Notes under the pieces: generated by a model
What the model was told of the DNA's origin: nothing
What the model saw: the letters and a program-made list of their open reading frames with translations, nothing else
The model's database searches: none
Source: Vicinamibacterales bacterium
Lineage (GTDB): Bacteria; Acidobacteriota; Vicinamibacteria; Vicinamibacterales; UBA2999
DNA: 45,048 nt
Assembly (NCBI GenBank): GCA_044238535.1
Contig: JBIIDF010000002.1
Span: 1 to 45,048, forward strand
Direction: 5' to 3'
In this document: piece after piece, positions 40,611-45,048 of the stretch
How positions within the stretch are numbered: the stretch's first letter is position 1
Layout of the letters: each line of letters starts with the position of its first letter
Position numbers and translations under genes: made by a program

Positions 40611-42419
40611 CTAGTCATGGTCGTGGTGATGCGCCTCGTCTGTGAGCGCATACGGTTCGGCCAGTACGGCCGCACGCACCGGATCGCGCCGATAGACGAC
40701 GCGCCCGGCGAGCAGCGTCATGTCACACGTCAGGTCCTTGAGCCGGGCCGACGGCACCGTGTAGGGATTCTCGGTCCAGATGGCCAGGTCCGCCTCGCGT
40801 CCCACCTCGATGGTGCCGAGGCGGTCGTCCATAAACATCGTGTGCGCGACCCAGCGCGTGTACGAGCGCAGGGCCGTGCGGATATCGATCGATTCGTCCG
40901 TGCCGAACGGGGTGGTTCCGTGGGTGCTGTTGAGCGTCTCGCGCACGACCGACGACCACAGGCCATAGCGCGCAGGGAACGGGGCCACCCCGAAGTCTGA
41001 TCCACCGCCCCACTGCACACCCCGCCGCTTGAAGGTGCGGAACGGCTTGAGCCGCGGGCCGCGCTGCGGGCCCAGGTTCGCGGCATAGGTGTCACCCAGC
41101 CACCAGAGGAATGGCGCCTGCGCCTCGGGATAGCCCGACTGATGCTCGCGCTGCAGGCGCGCCATCACCTCGATGGCATGGTCGGTGGGTGTGTTGGCGT
41201 GGATGATGCCGTGCCGCATGTTCGCGCGCGGCTGCGCCTTGAGCACCTGATCATAGGTGTCGACCACCCAGTCAATCGCCCGATCGCCGATGGCATGGGT
41301 GCTGACATGCAGGCCGGCCGCATGCAGGTCGCGCACAATGCGCCGGTATTGTTCCGGGTCTGTGGTCGGATATCCGGCATTGCCCGCATCCTTCTGCGTG
41401 AACTCGCGGTTCCAGTCGTCGTACATCCACGCCGTACGCGCACCACCGCTGCCATCCATGTAGAGCTTCACGCCACCGGAAGCCAGACGCCCCTCGCCGC
41501 CGGGCGGCGTGGGATGACGCCGGACGCGGTCGATCACCGTCGCGGTATCTGACGCCTGTCGCGGTCCGCTCCACAGGGCGAACATGCGCACAGTGAGGGT
41601 GCCTTCCTTCAGCAATTCCTCGTAGATGTTCCACTTGCCTTCACTGATGCCGGGATCCTTCGCACCAGTCATGCACTCCTGGTTGAAGTCCGTGATGATC
41701 TGTTCGATGCCGCGCTTCTGCTGTGCGCGCGTCAATGGAGGAATCAGCGACGTAATCAACCCCTGCGCTGACTCCTTCATCACACCGGTCGGTGCACCCG
41801 AAGCCGTACGATCGATCGTGCCGGCCGGCGGGTCTTTCGTCTCACGGCTGACCTCGGCCATCTTCAGCGCATACGTATTGGCCACGCCGTAGTGCCCCGT
41901 GGTCTGCGTGAGCCACACCGGGTTGTTCGGGGCCACGGCATCGAGGTCAGCGGCCGTGATGTAGCGCTTCTCTGCCAGGCGGCCCTCGTCCCAGCCGCGG
42001 CCGCGTATCCACTCACCCGGCTTCAACTGCCGCGCGCGCGCCCGCACCCGCTCGAGCACGTCGGCCATGGTGCGAATCGACGGATCGCTCAGGTCGACCG
42101 TGAACAGCTTGTCGGCCTCGGTGAAATGCACATGCGAATCCATCAGACCCGGTGTCACCGTGCGCCCTCGCAGGTCGGTGACCGTCGTAGAGGGTCCGGC
42201 CAGTGCGCGGATGGCGGCGGTCGTCCCGACGGCCGTAATCCGTCCCCCGGTGATGGCGATGGCCTCGGCGACGGTATCGCGGTCGTCGACCGTCAGGACC
42301 GCGCCATTGATCAGTACCTCGTCGGGCGGTGGCCCCTGTTGCGTGCGCGTCTGCGCTACGACCACCCAGAGACAGGCCATGAGAACGGCGGAACCCAGAC
42401 CGGCGATGAGTCGCTGCAT
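40611..42419 (-). CDS. Exported metal-dependent amidohydrolase (Amidohydro_3, YtcJ-like)
   Basis: Signal-like N-terminus MQRLIAGLGSAVLMACLWVVVAQ, then INGAVLTVDDRDTVAEAIAITGGRITAVGT and VTPGLMDSHVHF (metal-binding HxH). ATG at 42419 preferred to 42542. Confidence 0.8.
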   Translation of the reverse strand: MQRLIAGLGSAVLMACLWVVVAQTRTQQGPPPDEVLINGAVLTVDDRDTVAEAIAITGGRITAVGTTAAIRALAGPSTTVTDLRGRTVTPGLMDSHVHFTEADKLFTVDLSDPSIRTMADVLERVRARARQLKPGEWIRGRGWDEGRLAEKRYITAADLDAVAPNNPVWLTQTTGHYGVANTYALKMAEVSRETKDPPAGTIDRTASGAPTGVMKESAQGLITSLIPPLTRAQQKRGIEQIITDFNQECMTGAKDPGISEGKWNIYEELLKEGTLTVRMFALWSGPRQASDTATVIDRVRRHPTPPGGEGRLASGGVKLYMDGSGGARTAWMYDDWNREFTQKDAGNAGYPTTDPEQYRRIVRDLHAAGLHVSTHAIGDRAIDWVVDTYDQVLKAQPRANMRHGIIHANTPTDHAIEVMARLQREHQSGYPEAQAPFLWWLGDTYAANLGPQRGPRLKPFRTFKRRGVQWGGGSDFGVAPFPARYGLWSSVVRETLNSTHGTTPFGTDESIDIRTALRSYTRWVAHTMFMDDRLGTIEVGREADLAIWTENPYTVPSARLKDLTCDMTLLAGRVVYRRDPVRAAVLAEPYALTDEAHHHDHD

Positions 42420-42569
42420 ACGGGTGCTCCTTGTGTGGCGACACGATACCACCGCCGCACGCGCCCCGGTGCGTGGGTTCCCGGGCGACACGGATTCTCC
42501 GCAGAGCCCCCGCAGGGCACACGGCCCATCCGTCCGGGCCACCAGGGCACCTCGCGTAGAATCACCGCC

Positions 42570-43400
42570 ATGCGCACTGCTGATGTGTTCCGTCGTTCAG
42601 GGCTTACGCTCCTGATGGTCGTGTCGACCGCATCGCTCTGGTCAACACCCACCCTCGCGCAGCCTTCGGTCGGTCCCCTGGTGGTCGTCGGTGGCGGTCC
42701 CACCGTGGCCGCGATCACGGCGCGCACCCTCGAACTGGCCGGGGGCACGGCGGCACGCGTCGTCGTGCTGCCGCAGTCATCGGGGCTGCCCGACGCCGGT
42801 GATGCCTCTGTGAAGATGTGGCTCGACGCCGGGGCTCGCGATGCAAGGAAGGTGCTGTTCGGCGACGTGGCGGCGGCGCGCGCGGCCATCGAACAGGCCA
42901 CGCTCATCTGGATGCCGGGCGGCGATCAGAACCGATTCATGGACGCGATTGCACCCACCGGTCTGGCCGACGTCATTCGTGCCCGTCACCGCGCCGGAGT
43001 GGTGGTCGGCGGCACCAGCGCAGGCGCAGCGATTCTATCGGCGTCGATGATGACCGGTGAAGCCGACCTCACGTCGCTGGCCTCCGGCTCGACCGAGCTC
43101 AAACCCGGCCTCGGGCTGTGGCCCGAGGTCATCGTCGACCAGCATTTCCTGAAGCGGCAGCGGCACAACCGGCTGCTGAGCGCCGTCATCGATCATCCCT
43201 CGCTGATTGGCGTGGGCATCGACGAATCGACCGCGGTGATTGTGCGGGGGCGTGATCTGGAGGTGGTGGGCGTGAGCGCGGTGGTAATGCTCGACGCCAG
43301 AGGCGGACGCGTCACGCCTGCGTCGGCGGGCCAGCCTGTGGCGGCCACCGACGCACGCGTGACGGTGCTGCGCGCGGGACTGCGGTATACCCTTCCCTAG
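42570..43400 (+). CDS. Secreted peptidase S51 family protein (cyanophycinase-like)
   Basis: Signal peptide ...STPTLAQP. Also LVVVGGG, VVVLPQSS, IWMPGGDQNRF and the catalytic-serine block GGTSAGAAILS. ATG at 42570; the track ORF from 41892 is antisense to the amidohydrolase gene. Confidence 0.75.
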   Translation: MRTADVFRRSGLTLLMVVSTASLWSTPTLAQPSVGPLVVVGGGPTVAAITARTLELAGGTAARVVVLPQSSGLPDAGDASVKMWLDAGARDARKVLFGDVAAARAAIEQATLIWMPGGDQNRFMDAIAPTGLADVIRARHRAGVVVGGTSAGAAILSASMMTGEADLTSLASGSTELKPGLGLWPEVIVDQHFLKRQRHNRLLSAVIDHPSLIGVGIDESTAVIVRGRDLEVVGVSAVVMLDARGGRVTPASAGQPVAATDARVTVLRAGLRYTLP

Positions 43401-44197
43401 AACCGGCCCGCCCCGGTCCAGCGGCCCGGCTCTTCGCCGGTGAAGTTGCGATACGTCAGGGCCGGCGACCCGCAGTGGCTCTGCAGAATGTCGATCAGGT
43501 AGACATCGGTCGACCCCTCGTCGCGGTTGGCCGAGTAGTTGTAGGCGATCTCGTCGCCAGCCGCCACCACCGGCACGCCGCCGTTGTCGGCAGCCGTCTT
43601 CATGGGCTTGGCGTTGTAACCCCATCGCGTGTCGAGCTTTCGCAGTTCATCGACGATGAAGTCGAGCCAGGGGTTGTTCACATACTTGATGCCGCGCGGG
43701 CACGAGCCCGAGAACATCAGCGTCGGCTGCATCGCATTGATGCGGGCGACCGTCCCGAAGATGTCGGCGGGCAACGGCAGGCGCTGACCGGGCGCCGGGT
43801 CTGCCGTGCGGGGTGCGAAGGTAACGCGCAGGCGCCAGGAGGCGCTGACCGAACCCACGGTGGCCGTGATGGTCACGTCCCCTTCACCCACGGCGGTCAC
43901 CAGACCGCCAGACACGGTGGCGAGGCCCGCCGCGCTCGTGGACCATGTGGCCGAGCTGGTGCGGTCCTGGACGGTGCCATTTTCGAGCCGCACGCTGGCT
44001 TGCAGCTGCACCGTGGCGCCGCGTCCCGAGAGCACGGCCGGCCCGCTGACGGTCACCGATGACACCGCAGTAGGCGGCGGGGGCGTCACCGTAATGGTCG
44101 GGCTCGTCGGGCTGGTGCCGCTGCTGCTGTCTGAACTGCAGGCCGCCAGGCCAACCGCCAGCACCATGCCCATCATCAGTCCGTGCAGAGGTCGCAT
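43397..44197 (-). CDS. Lipoprotein with a bacterial Ig-like (Big_2) domain and an uncharacterised C-terminal domain
   Basis: Lipobox VGLAAC followed by a Ser/Thr/Pro linker. VTVSGPAVLSGRGATVQLQASV...VTAVGEGDVTITATVGSVSAS is Big_2-like. Confidence 0.65.
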   Translation of the reverse strand: MRPLHGLMMGMVLAVGLAACSSDSSSGTSPTSPTITVTPPPPTAVSSVTVSGPAVLSGRGATVQLQASVRLENGTVQDRTSSATWSTSAAGLATVSGGLVTAVGEGDVTITATVGSVSASWRLRVTFAPRTADPAPGQRLPLPADIFGTVARINAMQPTLMFSGSCPRGIKYVNNPWLDFIVDELRKLDTRWGYNAKPMKTAADNGGVPVVAAGDEIAYNYSANRDEGSTDVYLIDILQSHCGSPALTYRNFTGEEPGRWTGAGRF

Positions 44198-44358
44198 GTC
44201 AAAGTCCTTTGGGAGGTCGTGGCCGCGGCGGGTCTATTCCCGCAAGCGGCACCGTCGACCAGAGGTCGGCCTCAAGGGTGTCGCGACGGCGCCGTCTTGT
44301 CAATATTCCGAAGGGAATAGTCCCCCGTGAGTCGTGTCGGCCAGGGGCCCGGGGCCAC

Positions 44359-45048
44359 TCACGCCAGCGCCGCCCGCACACGGGCCAGATCCTGCCTGAC
44401 GATGGCAAGGAACCGGTCGCGGGGCATGTCGAGCATCCACTTCCCGACGTCACTGCCCAGCAGTCCGTTGTGCTCGTAGTGAATGTTCACCGGACCGCTG
44501 AACCGGCTGGCCTTGAGAAACCGGGCGATGGCGGCAAAATCGACCTGGCCCTCGCCTATCGGCACGAATTCCGCCCGCCACCCCCGCGGTCCCTGCTGCC
44601 ACCGCACATCCTTGACGGCCAGGCATGCCACATACGGCTCGGCCAGGCGGGCATCGTCAATCCACCCGGTGCCGCCACGGACCGTCGTGTGTCCCGTGTC
44701 GTAGTTCAGGGCCATGCGCGCCGGATCCATCCCGCGAAGCACGCTGACGATGTCCCAGACGTTGCCGCCAATCATGCCAGGGGCCGAGTGCGTGTGATAG
44801 GCCCAGGTGGTGCCGTAGCGCTCGTTCAGCGTCAGCAACGGCGCAATCCGCACGCGCAGCGCCTCGAGCTGCGTCGCCTGCGGCACCGTATAGTCGTAGC
44901 GGAAGTACTCGCCGCCCCGGTAATACCGGATGCCGAGCGCCTGCATCGTCCGGAGAATCGATTCGGCATGCGGCGACTGGCTGTCCTGAATCGACGTGGT
45001 GATCATGGTCACGTCGAGACCAGCCTTGCGCGTGCGCTCGACGGCCCG
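44359..45048 (-). CDS. Xylose-isomerase-like TIM-barrel protein (sugar phosphate isomerase/epimerase family); 5' end outside the window
   Basis: YHTHSAPGMIGGNVWD, LNYDTGHT and VNIHYEH are the metal-ligand-type blocks of the AP_endonuc_2 fold. The frame stays open upstream of the first ATG (45012) to the window edge. Confidence 0.65.
   Translation of the reverse strand, partial: RAVERTRKAGLDVTMITTSIQDSQSPHAESILRTMQALGIRYYRGGEYFRYDYTVPQATQLEALRVRIAPLLTLNERYGTTWAYHTHSAPGMIGGNVWDIVSVLRGMDPARMALNYDTGHTTVRGGTGWIDDARLAEPYVACLAVKDVRWQQGPRGWRAEFVPIGEGQVDFAAIARFLKASRFSGPVNIHYEHNGLLGSDVGKWMLDMPRDRFLAIVRQDLARVRAALA

Noticed and set aside
39675-41000. 441-aa ORF on the + strand
   Set aside because: It is antisense to the HGSNAT-like and amidohydrolase genes. 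The sequence is extremely Arg-rich and low-complexity, with no motifs.
1-45048. Search for tRNA/rRNA genes, CRISPR arrays, IS elements, integrases and long direct or terminal inverted repeats
   Set aside because: I saw no T-loop-like GGTTCGAATCC-type motif outside coding frames, no regularly spaced repeats, and no transposase, integrase or recombinase-like translation in any frame. The island therefore shows no visible mobility signature within this window. This visual scan cannot exclude short or degenerate elements.

Overview
GC-rich bacterial chromosomal segment, densely coding. I call 39 protein-coding genes. I saw no tRNA, rRNA, CRISPR array, transposase or integrase by eye. Many long ORFs in the six-frame track are antisense or alternative-frame shadows of the real genes, as is usual in GC-rich DNA. 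Several others are upstream extensions of true genes.

The window has two parts. (1) Positions 1..29198 form a glycan-assembly island of 22 genes in about 10 transcription units of alternating strand (9 strand switches). It holds 13 glycosyltransferase-like genes of GT4, GT2, GT-A-like, WbsX-like and GT-C/DUF2029-like types. It also holds two unrelated PAPS-type sulfotransferases, three class-I methyltransferase-like genes, a fused AT3-SGNH O-acyltransferase and a Pol-beta-type nucleotidyltransferase. An MsbA/PglK-type ABC exporter and a Wzy_C (O-antigen-ligase-like) membrane protein fused to TPR repeats complete the set. No initiating phosphoglycosyltransferase, Wzx, Wzm/Wzt, Wza/Wzc or NDP-sugar synthesis gene is recognisable in the window. 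I read this as a non-canonical locus for a sulfated, methylated and acetylated glycan or glycoconjugate. It is the best candidate for something undescribed.

(2) Positions 29.2-45 kb are a mixed housekeeping and envelope region:
- two outer-membrane beta-barrel candidates
- a small catalase-related protein
- an orphan TraL/ParA-like P-loop protein
- a secreted protein with an internal tandem duplication
- RmuC
- a stand-alone 74-aa LuxR/GerE HTH protein
- an SMP-30-like beta-propeller
- a Rieske oxygenase
- a periplasmic binding protein
- a heparan-alpha-glucosaminide N-acetyltransferase-like (HGSNAT-like, DUF1624/DUF5009) membrane protein
- a YtcJ-like amidohydrolase
- a secreted S51 cyanophycinase-like peptidase
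- a Big_2 lipoprotein
- a partial TIM-barrel sugar isomerase/epimerase-like gene

All functional calls rest on motifs read directly from the translations. No database search was run. The taxon cannot be assigned from the sequence alone; a high-GC soil-type phylum is only a guess.
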